This document shows positions 1 to 9,420 of a DNA stretch of 64,000 nt, piece by piece. Source of the stretch: Nitrospirota bacterium (GTDB taxonomy: Bacteria; Nitrospirota; UBA9217). The translations under genes and the position numbers were made by a program. The stretch covers positions 384,001-448,000 of the forward strand of contig CAWBNQ010000001.1 of the NCBI GenBank assembly GCA_963790205.1, read 5' to 3'. Below the pieces are notes generated by a model. The model was given only the letters and a program-made list of their open reading frames with translations. It searched no databases and was not told the DNA's origin. The first letter of the stretch is position 1; each line of letters starts with the position of its first letter.

Positions 1-41
1 CGGACTGTGACGTTCCCCTGGTAAAGGAACGGCCGCCGGAA

Positions 42-722
42 TTGCCGATACTGAATACTCCAACAAATATTTTTCGGCAACTAGATGACAAGATTGTGAC
101 ATTTGTGCGAAGCCACTATCTTGAGCTGAAAGAAAAAAAGGATGTCAAGTTTCACTCTATCATTACGGTCCTCGCCACATTCATTTCCACCAGTTATCTC
201 TCGCCTTTTTTCTGGAGCGATGACGTTCAAGGTTTAAAAAACTTTTTTGCTGTTTATCGAATCGCGTTCGCGCTGTTTTGCTTTGCACTATATGCCCTCG
301 TTTTTTATTTCTGGCGTGTTTATTTCACGTTGAGAAAGGAAGGCGTAATTTCCGACAAGAACATCTTTTCTGCTGAATCAGCCGGTGTATACAGAAAAAT
401 AATTTTTTATATTGCTCTTATACCTTATTTTATACATATAATACATTCTCGTTTTGCGCCAGCCGCCGAGTATCATGAAACAATAAATATCTGGAGGTAT
501 GCCTCGCTTTCCGACGTTTATCGTGAGGCAGGGCTCACCGTTTTTTATAATATGATCGATTTCATTATTTTTGCGGAGTGCCTCAGGTTCTTTTATGCGT
601 GGAGCAATAAGAAGCACATTGCTGTTGTGCTGCTTGCTACAGTACTTCTCTCGGCTTTTCAGTTACTCGTTCGATATGCCATTAGCGGGCATGGAATGTT
701 TTGGCAATCTGCTAGAATGTAA
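42..722 (+). CDS. Hypothetical multi-pass membrane protein, AT-rich
   Basis: 226-aa ORF with about 5 hydrophobic segments; visibly more AT-rich than the rest of the window; start codon uncertain. Confidence 0.6.
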   Translation: MPILNTPTNIFRQLDDKIVTFVRSHYLELKEKKDVKFHSIITVLATFISTSYLSPFFWSDDVQGLKNFFAVYRIAFALFCFALYALVFYFWRVYFTLRKEGVISDKNIFSAESAGVYRKIIFYIALIPYFIHIIHSRFAPAAEYHETINIWRYASLSDVYREAGLTVFYNMIDFIIFAECLRFFYAWSNKKHIAVVLLATVLLSAFQLLVRYAISGHGMFWQSARM

Positions 723-809
723 CAAGCCAGGTCGAGGCGGCATAAGGCACGCCTCACCCGCGATGAACAGAGCTTCGCGCGCCCACTAGCCAGCACAGGA
801 GACCCCGAG

Positions 810-1292
810 ATGTCGACCGTCAATGCTGCCATCCGCACCGCCACAGTCGCCGATGCCGACGCGATCGGAGTACTGGTGAGGGAGTTCCAGGCGTACCTCC
901 GTGCGCTGGGCGACCGCACACAGTTTGAGTTTACCGCCGAGACCTACCGGCGGGACGGCTTTGGCCCAGACCCTGCTTTTTCCGGTCTTGTCGCCGAGCT
1001 TGACGGCGAGGTGGTCGGTTATCTCCTGTACCACTTCGGCTACGATACGGACCGGGCGATGCGGGTGATGTTCGTGATCGACCTCTATGTGCAGGAAGCG
1101 AAGCGCAGGCGCGGGACAGGTGGGGCGCTCATGAGAAGGGCGGCCCGGATCTGCCGGGAGGCCGGCGGACGCGAGCTCATGTGGTCGGTTTTCATTGCGA
1201 ACAAGCCGGCGTTCCAGTTCTATGAGCGCCTCGGGGCCAAGTACCTTCAGGAGCTGAAGTACATGTACTGGCCGGTCCCCTCCTTGCCGTGA
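810..1292 (+). CDS. GNAT family N-acetyltransferase (spermidine/diamine acetyltransferase-like)
   Basis: RBS AGGAG; motif DLYVQEAKRRRGTGGALM and C-terminal NKPAFQFYERLG. Confidence 0.85.
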   Translation: MSTVNAAIRTATVADADAIGVLVREFQAYLRALGDRTQFEFTAETYRRDGFGPDPAFSGLVAELDGEVVGYLLYHFGYDTDRAMRVMFVIDLYVQEAKRRRGTGGALMRRAARICREAGGRELMWSVFIANKPAFQFYERLGAKYLQELKYMYWPVPSLP

Positions 1293-1390
1293 AAGGACAT
1301 CAAGAAAAGCCGGCATAGCTTCGTGCATAGGGGGCGAGGAGATGCTGATATTATTGTAATGAGAACGCCATAACGAGCAGGGAGAAAACC

Positions 1391-1865
1391 ATGATAAAGG
1401 AATACCAGATGTCGATGCTGTCGCTTTTCATTGAGCTGGAGCTTAAGCTCGCTGAAATGTACAGCCTTCTCGCAGAAATATTTTCTGAAGAGAGCTTTTT
1501 TTTCAAGGCTCACAATGGCGAGGAGCTGCAGCACGCGCAGTGGCTGGAATACTTCAAGGCTAAAGTCGAAAAGGGAGAAGTCCTGTTCAAAGAGGACAAG
1601 ACGCGTACAGACACGCTCAAATCTTTCATTGCCAATATACAGACCATACTGTCCGATGCAAAAGCCGGCAAACTGACGATCATATCCGCGCTTTCGTTGT
1701 CTGCGGGCATCGAGGAATCGCTCATCGAGCGGAAAGCCTTTGATCACTTCATAGCAAGCTCTCCGGAACTTCAATATACGCTGAAACGCCTTCTGACCGA
1801 GACTGCGGAGCACGCGGGGGGAAAAAAAACTCAAGAGCAAGTATTTGAAATCTGCCGCCCCGTGA
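1391..1865 (+). CDS. Ferritin-like/rubrerythrin-family protein; probable frameshift in the G6A8 run near 1816-1829
   Basis: ExxH pairs (EELQH, ETAEH) and E-x6-Y pattern (ELKLAEMY); the alternative frame after the homopolymer gives ...KLKSKYLKSAAP* ending at 1865. Confidence 0.6.
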
Positions 1866-1920
1866 CGCGCGCGAACCGGTGGGGCGATCGCTCACTCGCC
1901 CCGGTATGCGAGGACAGGAC

Positions 1921-2432
1921 ATGATCGTCCGACAGGAAGCAAGAGAAGATAGTAAAGGCATTCATGCTTTAAACGAACTGGCATTCGGTCAGCCGCGTGA
2001 GGCGGACATTGTGGATACCTTGAGAAACAACTGTAATGGCGTGCTGTCCTTTGTTGCAACGGAGAATAAAAAAATAGTGGGGCATATTCTCTTCAGCCCT
2101 GCGGAAATTGAAGGACCGCACGGCGTAATCAAAGGCATGGGGCTTGCCCCCCTGGCCGTGTTGCCGGACAAGCAGCGGCAGGGCATAGGAACGCAATTGA
2201 TCAGAAGGGCATGGAAGAACTAAAAAAACTTCGATGCCCGTTCATTATTGTCCTCGGTCACCATGAATATTACCTGCGTTTTGGTTTTGAAAGGGCCTCG
2301 CTCTACGGAATAAAATGCCAATGGGACGGCGTACCGGATGAAGCATTCATGGTCCTGTGGCTTGATAAGTCAAAGGCGGGGCACGTTTCAGGACTTGCAC
2401 GATACCGAGAAGAATTTAACGAGGCGGTTTAA
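1921..2432 (+). CDS. YhbS-like GNAT acetyltransferase, split by a one-base frameshift near 2205-2210
   Basis: N-part GLAPLAVLPDKQRQGIG (ORF 1879-2223) joins C-part IVLGHHEYYLRFGF...YREEFNEAV (ORF 2211-2432). Confidence 0.8.
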
Positions 2433-2466
2433 GGTAACGTCCGCATATAACTATGAATCGCCACAA

Positions 2467-2648
2467 TTGCTTTCCCCATGGGCCTGATCGCCTCCAGAAA
2501 CTCTTCGCCGTACCGCTCAAGCTTCACGTCTCCCACGCCCGGGATCCGTCTCATCTCGGAGGCGGTCTTCGGGAAATGCCTGCACATCTCATGGAGGTTT
2601 TTGTCAGAAAAAATAACATAGGGCGGCACGTGGTTCGCCCCGGTAATC
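2467..2648 (-). repeat. Diverged duplicate of the recQ 3' end (HRDC-coding fragment); direct repeat of ~4848-5030
   Basis: Manual alignment; encodes VPPYVIFSDKNLHEMCRHFPKTASEMRRIPGVGDVKLERYGEEFLEAIR versus recQ VPPYVIFSDKTLHEMCRHFPKTASEMRRISGVGDVKLERYGEEFLEEIR. Confidence 0.95.
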
Positions 2649-2703
2649 TTTCAGAGCGACGCCTTGTTGGCAGGATTGCGTTGTCCGACCTGTAAACGCG
2701 CCG

Positions 2704-3261
2704 TTATTCGGGCTTTTGCTGAAGGTTCTTCAACTGGGTCGATGCCGTATCGATCGCTTTCTTGACGCCGGCATTCTCCGGTTCGAATTCGAGGACGTTC
2801 TTCCAGAGGGAGATCGCGGCGGTCAGGTTGCCCTGCCGGTACTGCACCAGGGCGCGCTCGGAGAGGCGGTCCGAGCACTCCTTCAACCTGGCTTGAAGGT
2901 ATTTCCTGTCGAAGGACAGGTCGCCGTCGATTTTCTGAAAACGCGGGTAGTTTCTGAGCAGGACGGCGTAGGTCCGCCCCGATGCGGCGAACTCCTCCCT
3001 GTCGAAGTCGCCGTCGGCCGCATCCCGGATATCTTCAGCGGCCTTGAGATAGTGCTTGAGCAACCCGCGGTCGCCGGGGTATTTTTGAAGCGCGGCGCTG
3101 TAGACCCCCAGGGCGCCGTCGAAATCGCGCTTCCTGATATCCTGCTCCGATTCCCTGAGCGCGAGATCGGCCTCCGCTCTTTTCTGGGGAATGCAGGCCG
3201 GCAGGAGCAGAAGCATGGCAACAAAAAGCGCTGTACTGTTTTTGGAAAGAAGCCTCATCAT
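2704..3261 (-). CDS. TPR-repeat lipoprotein
   Basis: Signal peptide with lipobox LLPAC; TPR-like helices (ALVQYRQGNLTAAISLWKNVLEFEPEN). Confidence 0.75.
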   Translation of the reverse strand: MMRLLSKNSTALFVAMLLLLPACIPQKRAEADLALRESEQDIRKRDFDGALGVYSAALQKYPGDRGLLKHYLKAAEDIRDAADGDFDREEFAASGRTYAVLLRNYPRFQKIDGDLSFDRKYLQARLKECSDRLSERALVQYRQGNLTAAISLWKNVLEFEPENAGVKKAIDTASTQLKNLQQKPE

Positions 3262-3265
3262 TCCT

Positions 3266-4618
3266 CTACGCGCTCACGTTCAGCGGTCTTCTCACAACAC
3301 GCCTCTCCATGATCCTGATGAAGACCTTGATAAGTTCGGGGTTGAACTGACTGCCGGAGAAGCTCTCGAGCTCGCCAAAGGTCTTTGTTTCCGAAAAGGC
3401 GTTCCGGTACGGCCTGTTGGACATCATGGCATCATAGGTGTCGGCTACGGAGATGATGGCGGCAGGCAGCGGAATGACCTCGCCTTGCAGCCCGTCGGGG
3501 TAGCCGCTCCCGTTGAACCACTCATGGTGGTGCCTGACCGGGAGAATATACTTGTGGAGCGACGGCGCTTTGCTCAGAAGTTCGGCGCCGTATTCGGTAT
3601 GACGCATCATTTCCTGGTGTTCGTCGGGGTCCAGTTTGCCGCGTTTGCGGAGGATCACGTCCGGAATTTTGATCTTCCCGATATCGTGAAAAAGGCAGGC
3701 GACCTCGAGCTCTTCCAGAGCCTTCTTGTCGAGGCCGAGCTCCCTGCCGAGAAGCACGGACAGCACGGAAACCCTGAGCGAGTGGCCATGGGTATAGGGG
3801 TCCCTCGCGTCGATGGCCGCGGCAAGGACCCGGGTCGTGGACAGGTAGGAGTCTTCCAGGTCCTTGGCGGACCTGCTGAGCCGGCCGCGCTGGTCGCTGA
3901 TGAGCGCGGTCATCTCGTTGAAGCTTTCCGTCAATTTCCCGAGCTCGTCGTACGAATAGACCTTGAGCCGGCGGCTTCCCTCTCCCGCCTTGAGATCGTC
4001 GACCCCTGCGGAAAGCTCCCGAATGGGTCTTGTCAGGAACGACGAGAGGGTGACGCTGCCTGCTATTCCCAGGAGAAGCACAACGGCAAACGCCGCCAGG
4101 AGCCTTGCCCGGACCAGACGCTGGGCGTCCTGCAGGACCGAGCTGTTCACGCTGAGGACGACCGTACCGAGCCGCTTGTTCATCAGGACGATGGGACTGG
4201 CTATTTCGAGAAGTCCGGCAGGCGGGTCCGATAACTCCGTGATCATGGTCCCGTCGGGACGCTGGAGCAGGACGCTGCCCTGGGCAAGGCGCAGCTGTTT
4301 CCCGGTCCCGGATATATCGCTGTTGGCGATGACCTTCATGCGCGTGTCGGCGACGGCGATGAACTCCACGTCCCGGTTCGACTCGCGCATTTTGAAGACC
4401 ATGTTGTCGAGGGCGAGGAAATCCTTCGCAAGCAGGCTGTAACCCGCCGATGCCGCGACGCTCCTCGCCAGGGCTTCCGAACGTTTGAGGACCTCGTTCA
4501 GGATGTGGCGGTTCATGATCGCGACGGTGATGAGATAGAAGGCGACGGTGACGGCGATGAGCAGGACGAGCACAAGGCCGGAAATCTTGAATTTTATCCT
4601 GTTCAATATCATGAGCAT
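3266..4618 (-). CDS. Membrane-bound HAMP + HD-GYP cyclic-dinucleotide phosphodiesterase
   Basis: Two TM helices, periplasmic domain, HAMP; motifs DPYTHGHS, HDIGK, HHHEWFNGSGYP; start uncertain (4633/4618/4612). Confidence 0.9.
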   Translation of the reverse strand: MLMILNRIKFKISGLVLVLLIAVTVAFYLITVAIMNRHILNEVLKRSEALARSVAASAGYSLLAKDFLALDNMVFKMRESNRDVEFIAVADTRMKVIANSDISGTGKQLRLAQGSVLLQRPDGTMITELSDPPAGLLEIASPIVLMNKRLGTVVLSVNSSVLQDAQRLVRARLLAAFAVVLLLGIAGSVTLSSFLTRPIRELSAGVDDLKAGEGSRRLKVYSYDELGKLTESFNEMTALISDQRGRLSRSAKDLEDSYLSTTRVLAAAIDARDPYTHGHSLRVSVLSVLLGRELGLDKKALEELEVACLFHDIGKIKIPDVILRKRGKLDPDEHQEMMRHTEYGAELLSKAPSLHKYILPVRHHHEWFNGSGYPDGLQGEVIPLPAAIISVADTYDAMMSNRPYRNAFSETKTFGELESFSGSQFNPELIKVFIRIMERRVVRRPLNVSA

Positions 4619-4831
4619 GACGACACTGAACAATCTCCCTTCCGGCCCCCTGTGCTGCCGGGGTTCCTAACCCCATAATTATAGCGTAAACCGGGGAGGG
4701 AAACAAGCGGCGCGTGTGATCCTGGCGGCCATGCTGTTATGGTCACAAAGAATATCGCCTTGAACCGCCTCTGATCCCGAATGTTCATACCAGAAGGCGT
4801 TCCGCACTCCTTCCCTCCTGGCCGCCTTTTA

Positions 4832-6664
4832 TTATGCGCCGCCAGGGTTGTTTTCCCCATAGGTCCTGATCTCCTCCAGAAACTCTTCGCCGTACCGCTC
4901 AAGCTTCACGTCTCCCACGCCTGAGATCCGCCTCATCTCGGAGGCGGTCTTCGGGAAATGCCTGCACATCTCGTGGAGGGTCTTGTCCGAAAAAATCACG
5001 TAGGGCGGCACGCGGCTCTTCCCGGCGATCCTTTTTCGGATAGAGCGGAGCCGCTCAAAGAGGACCTCGTCGAACAGGCCCTCGTCCGCGGTCTTCCTTC
5101 GCCGCGCTTTTACCTTCACGTCTTCGCGCTTGAGCCCGAAGACTTCTCCTTTTCCCGTGAGCACGGCCGCGCCTTTGGGCGTGAGCCTTAGGACCGGGTA
5201 GCGGTCCCCGTCCTGCCTGATGAGCTCCTGGGCAAGGAGCTCGTTCACGATGAAGCGCCAGTGGTTTTTGTCCTTGTCTCTTCCCGTGCCAAAGGTCTTT
5301 AGCCCGTGGTGTCCGAGTTCCCTCATGCGACTCGTGTCTGCGCCGATCACGATGTCGACGATGTGGACGATGCCGAAGCGCTCGTTGGTCCTGGCCATGG
5401 CGGACATGAGGATCCGGGCATCAAGCGAGATGTCGACTTGTTTTGCAGAGCCGGTGCAGATATCGCACGCCCCGCAATTCTCTTCGGGATAGGCTTCGCC
5501 GAAAAAGGAGAGGAGCTGCTTTCTCCTGCATACGTTGTGGGAAGCGAAGCGAACGGTCTGGTTCAGCTTCTCCATGGCGATCGCGCGTTCCGCTTCGTCC
5601 TCCATCCTGTCGATGAAATATCGGATCTTGGGGATGTCCCCCCTGCTGAAATAGAGCAGGCAATGGGCCGGTTCTCCGTCGCGCCCCGCGCGGCCCGTTT
5701 CCTGGTAATAGGCCTCGATGTGCCTGGGAAGATCGGCATGGACCACGAACCGCACGTTCGACTTGTCGATGCCCATGCCGAAGGCGATGGTCGCAACGAT
5801 CACGGAGATTTCGTCTTTGTTAAAGGCCTCCTGGTTCTTCTCCCGCTGTTCCGCTGAAAGGCCCGCATGGTAAGGGAGCGCCTTGATGCCGCAAGACGCA
5901 AGAGACGCTGCCGTTGTTGTGACCGCATCGCGGGTCGTCCTGTAGATGATCCCCGATTCGCCTTCATGGTCTTTCAGAAAGTCCCGAAGCTGCGCGTCGA
6001 GCTCCGTTTTCGGCAATACTTGGTAGAAAAGGTTAGGCCGGTTGAACGAGGCGCGCACAATATGGGGCGTCCTGAGCCCGAGCTTTTTGATGATGTCCTG
6101 CTGGACCTTCTCCGTGGCCGTTGCCGTGAAGGCGGCAATGGGGACCGTGGGAAACAAGGATGGAATAGCGGAAAGGCCGAGGTAATCGGGCCGGAAATCG
6201 TGGCCCCACTCCGAGATGCAGTGCGCCTCGTCGATGGCGAAGAGCGAGAGGGGGATGCTTTTCAGTGTCTCGATGAACTGCGGCATGGCAAAGCGTTCCG
6301 GCGCGATATAGAGGAGCTTGACCTGGGCGGCCTTGAGCCTTCGGTAGATCCCGGCTATCTCCTGCTGATCGAGGGAGCTGTTCATGAACACGGCGGCGAT
6401 GCCGTTTTCCCTTGCCGCGTCCACCTGATCCTTCATGAGCGAGATGAGGGGGCTGATGACGACTGCCGTGCCCTCCATCAAAAGCGCGGGCAACTGGTAG
6501 CACAGGGACTTTCCCCCGCCCGTGGGCATGACCGCGAACACGTCTTTTTTGCCTAGAATATTCCTGACAATGATCTCCTGGTTCGGCCTGAAGGTCTCAA
6601 AACCGAAGACCGCGCGGAGTGTTTTGTGAGCTGCGGAATGATCGGAGGAAGGGTGAGGGTCCAT
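4832..6664 (-). CDS. recQ: ATP-dependent DNA helicase RecQ
   Basis: MPTGGGKS, DEAHCISEWGHDFRPDY, QETGRAGRDG, RQC zinc Cys cluster, C-terminal HRDC. Confidence 0.97.
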   Translation of the reverse strand: MDPHPSSDHSAAHKTLRAVFGFETFRPNQEIIVRNILGKKDVFAVMPTGGGKSLCYQLPALLMEGTAVVISPLISLMKDQVDAARENGIAAVFMNSSLDQQEIAGIYRRLKAAQVKLLYIAPERFAMPQFIETLKSIPLSLFAIDEAHCISEWGHDFRPDYLGLSAIPSLFPTVPIAAFTATATEKVQQDIIKKLGLRTPHIVRASFNRPNLFYQVLPKTELDAQLRDFLKDHEGESGIIYRTTRDAVTTTAASLASCGIKALPYHAGLSAEQREKNQEAFNKDEISVIVATIAFGMGIDKSNVRFVVHADLPRHIEAYYQETGRAGRDGEPAHCLLYFSRGDIPKIRYFIDRMEDEAERAIAMEKLNQTVRFASHNVCRRKQLLSFFGEAYPEENCGACDICTGSAKQVDISLDARILMSAMARTNERFGIVHIVDIVIGADTSRMRELGHHGLKTFGTGRDKDKNHWRFIVNELLAQELIRQDGDRYPVLRLTPKGAAVLTGKGEVFGLKREDVKVKARRRKTADEGLFDEVLFERLRSIRKRIAGKSRVPPYVIFSDKTLHEMCRHFPKTASEMRRISGVGDVKLERYGEEFLEEIRTYGENNPGGA

Positions 6665-6857
6665 GAGGCTTCATGATAATCGTGAAAGACGATAATGTCA
6701 AGATGGGTTCTGTCACGGGTGACCGGTGAACTCCATTTTCCGTCTTCTCAGACCGGGTCATTTATGGTATGATAAGACGCTTTTGGAGCTCCATGCCGGG
6801 TCGCTTCGCGGCGCGCAAGCTCTTTGTTGCTGAAAATAATCACAGAAGGAGATAGTC

Positions 6858-7628
6858 ATGAAACTGAAGCATATGATTTTCGGATTGTTCATTGTTGTTC
6901 TGGCGGCAACGTCTGCGCAGGCTATCCCGACGCAGATCACCGTGCACGTGAAGGCCAAGGACGCCAAGTTTGTGGGGACCAGCATGGGAGGCGTCCTGAT
7001 CACCGTAAAGGACGCACAGACCGGGGAACTCCTGGCCAAGGGCTATACCGCCGGCGGTACGGGCAACACCGTCAGGATCATGGAGACACCTGCATCCCGG
7101 GGCGCCTCCATTGCCGACGAGAGCGCCGCCAAATTTACGGCCACCATCGATATCGCCGAGCCGACGCAGGTCGAGGTGACAGCCTACGGTCCTGCGGCGG
7201 CCCTGCAGTCCGCAAGCAGGGTGTCCGCAACCCAGTGGGTGGTCCCGGGCAAGAATATTACGGAGGGTGACGCCTGGTTGATGGAGATGCCGGGGTTTAT
7301 CGTGGACGTCCTGGCCCCTCCCACGCACTCGGTGCTCAAAGGCGGGCCGCAGACCGTCACCATTAAGGCCAATATCATGATGATGTGCGGTTGCCCGATC
7401 ACGCCGGGCGGCCTTTGGGACGCGAACAAGATGGAAGTAAAGGCCCTCTTGAAGAAGAACGGACAAGAGGCCGGCGTCCTGCCCATGCACTATGCCGGCA
7501 GTCTCAGCCAGTTTTCGGGCGCGTGGAGTATAGCGGATGCAGGGACTTATGAAGCAACCGTGTACGCCTACGACGCCGCCACCGGCAATACCGGTATCAA
7601 CAGCGTGACATTCATGGTCGGGCACTAA
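6858..7628 (+). CDS. Secreted conserved hypothetical protein with MMCGCP motif
   Basis: RBS AAGGAG; signal peptide (AQA|IP); beta-rich sequence; CGC motif. Confidence 0.75.
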   Translation: MKLKHMIFGLFIVVLAATSAQAIPTQITVHVKAKDAKFVGTSMGGVLITVKDAQTGELLAKGYTAGGTGNTVRIMETPASRGASIADESAAKFTATIDIAEPTQVEVTAYGPAAALQSASRVSATQWVVPGKNITEGDAWLMEMPGFIVDVLAPPTHSVLKGGPQTVTIKANIMMMCGCPITPGGLWDANKMEVKALLKKNGQEAGVLPMHYAGSLSQFSGAWSIADAGTYEATVYAYDAATGNTGINSVTFMVGH

Positions 7629-7775
7629 AGCATACAGTGCCCCGGAAGACTTTTGCTTGCCGCATAATGACCGGGAGGGGCCGCCGTTCATCCGCTCGAA
7701 AGAAGCTGTGGAACAAATCCGTTTGTGCGCTTCTGTCCCGCACGACATAAAATTTGAACGAAGAGGATAAAGATC

Positions 7776-8438
7776 ATGACAAGGAACAAGGGCATCACTG
7801 ACTTCCTGAAAATCATTGTGGTGACTTTTTCTCTATTATCCCCCGCGTCCCCGTGGGTCCCGTCCGCATGCGCCCAGACCGTTGACGAGGCGGTCGCTGC
7901 CGTGGAAAAGCACTATCAGGGGCTGAGCGACCTCACGGCAAAGGTGACCCAGAAAAACCATCTCAAGGCCATCGGCAAGACGCAGACCTTCCAAGGCGCG
8001 CTCCTGATCAAGAAACCGGGCAGGCTCCGTCTCGAATACACGAACGGCCAGCTCATTCTCATCGACGGCAAGGAGGCCCTGTTCTATTCGAAAAAAAGCA
8101 GCGAGGAGATCAAGAAAACCTTTGCGAATTTCGAACACATGAACATTCCCGTCGCGTTCCTTTTGGGCGCGGCGCACATCCGGGACGATTTCGAGGTGCT
8201 CCAGCCGGACCCGAAAACCCCGCGCTCGCTTGAGCTGGTCCCGAAAAAAAGCGACGCAGCCATGAAGAAGCTGTATCTCGTATCCGACGGATCGGGCCGC
8301 ATTACCGCGATGACGATCCACGACCGGTCGGGCAATGTGACGGAGATCGCTTTTGCCGATGTGCGCGAAGACGTGGGCCTTGACGACAAGCTTTTTTCCT
8401 TCAAGCCGCCGAAGGGGACGGAGATCATAGAGCAGTAG
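7776..8438 (+). CDS. lolA: Outer-membrane lipoprotein carrier protein LolA
   Basis: Signal peptide; IKKPGRLRLEY, ILIDGK; C-terminal FSFKPPKGTEIIEQ. Confidence 0.85.
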   Translation: MTRNKGITDFLKIIVVTFSLLSPASPWVPSACAQTVDEAVAAVEKHYQGLSDLTAKVTQKNHLKAIGKTQTFQGALLIKKPGRLRLEYTNGQLILIDGKEALFYSKKSSEEIKKTFANFEHMNIPVAFLLGAAHIRDDFEVLQPDPKTPRSLELVPKKSDAAMKKLYLVSDGSGRITAMTIHDRSGNVTEIAFADVREDVGLDDKLFSFKPPKGTEIIEQ

Positions 8439-8527
8439 GCGGTAAGCAGCAGGCAGTAGACAGGTGGCGACAAACAGAACCTTATTGGCTTTTCCCAGTA
8501 TGCTGTATGCTATCTACTGTCTACTGT
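8432..8527. repeat. Intergenic inverted heptamer array (GCAGTAG)n ... (CTACTGT)n
   Basis: GCAGTAG GCGGTAA GCAGCAG GCAGTAG ... ATGCTGT ATGCTAT CTACTGT CTACTGT; the first unit contains the lolA stop. Confidence 0.85.
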
Positions 8528-8550
8528 ATTCATCACGCTAGGAGGTTATC

Positions 8551-9048
8551 ATGGCAGCGGAAAATTCATTCGACGTGGTTTCAAAGATCGACATGGCCGA
8601 GGTGACGAACGCGGTGACGCAGGCCCTGAAGGAGATCGGTCAGCGGTTCGACTTCAAGGGGAGCAAGTCGAACATCACCCAGGAGAAGGACGCGCTCGTG
8701 ATCGTGTCCGACGACGAGTACAAGCTCAAGAGCGTGATCGACATCCTGCAGGGCAAGCTCGTGAAGCGCGGGGTCCCGGTCAAGAACCTGTCCTACGGCA
8801 AAGTGGAGGCCGCCCTCGCCGGGACCGTGAGGCAGAAGATCACCCTGCAGCAGGGCATCCCCACGGACAAGGCCAAGGAGATCGTGAAGGCGATCAAAGA
8901 TTCGAAGATCAAGGTGCAGGCCTCGATCCAGGCGGACCAGGTGCGCGTTTCGGGCAAGGACAGGGACAATCTCCAAACAGTAATCCAACTGCTGAAAGGC
9001 AAGGACTTCGGCATCGAGCTCCAGTTCGACAACTACCGGAGCGCGTAG
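8551..9048 (+). CDS. yajQ: YajQ family nucleotide/c-di-GMP-binding protein
   Basis: [41 protein letters not shown]. Confidence 0.95.
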   Translation: MAAENSFDVVSKIDMAEVTNAVTQALKEIGQRFDFKGSKSNITQEKDALVIVSDDEYKLKSVIDILQGKLVKRGVPVKNLSYGKVEAALAGTVRQKITLQQGIPTDKAKEIVKAIKDSKIKVQASIQADQVRVSGKDRDNLQTVIQLLKGKDFGIELQFDNYRSA

Positions 9049-9363
9049 CGGGACCAGCCGGCGCCGCGAGGCTTTCAGCCGCCTCTAACGAACGGCGACC
9101 AGAGACTGCCTCCACAAACACATAATGCACAAGAGCATCTAAACATGTTGGATGTAAATAACCTAACGCTACGCTTTTAAAACTGGTGGTTTCAAGAACA
9201 TCCAGTTGAACGTGCTCCGGTTTTTTTTACGCCGGACGCCCTTTTCTACCGCTCAATCTTCCACTCCCTTTTGTAAAAATTAGAATTCTAAAGTACCATT
9301 CCGCAGTACCATTTCGCACGATTCTCTAAGAGGGCCCCGATCTCTCTAACCAATTATTAAAAC

Positions 9364-9391
9364 TTGCATTTTTTTCGCAAGTTGCTATAAT
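9364..9391 (+). promoter_or_regulatory. Putative sigma70 promoter of the first chemosensory operon
   Basis: TTGCAT-16 nt-TATAAT with extended -10 TG. Confidence 0.55.
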
Positions 9392-9420
9392 TCGGCGATA
9401 ATGCTAAAGAGGGAGAATGC

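Noticed and set aside
2467..5030. recQ repeat pair as a diversity-generating retroelement TR/VR
   Set aside because: Mismatches are not adenine-specific, are mostly synonymous, and no reverse transcriptase is present.
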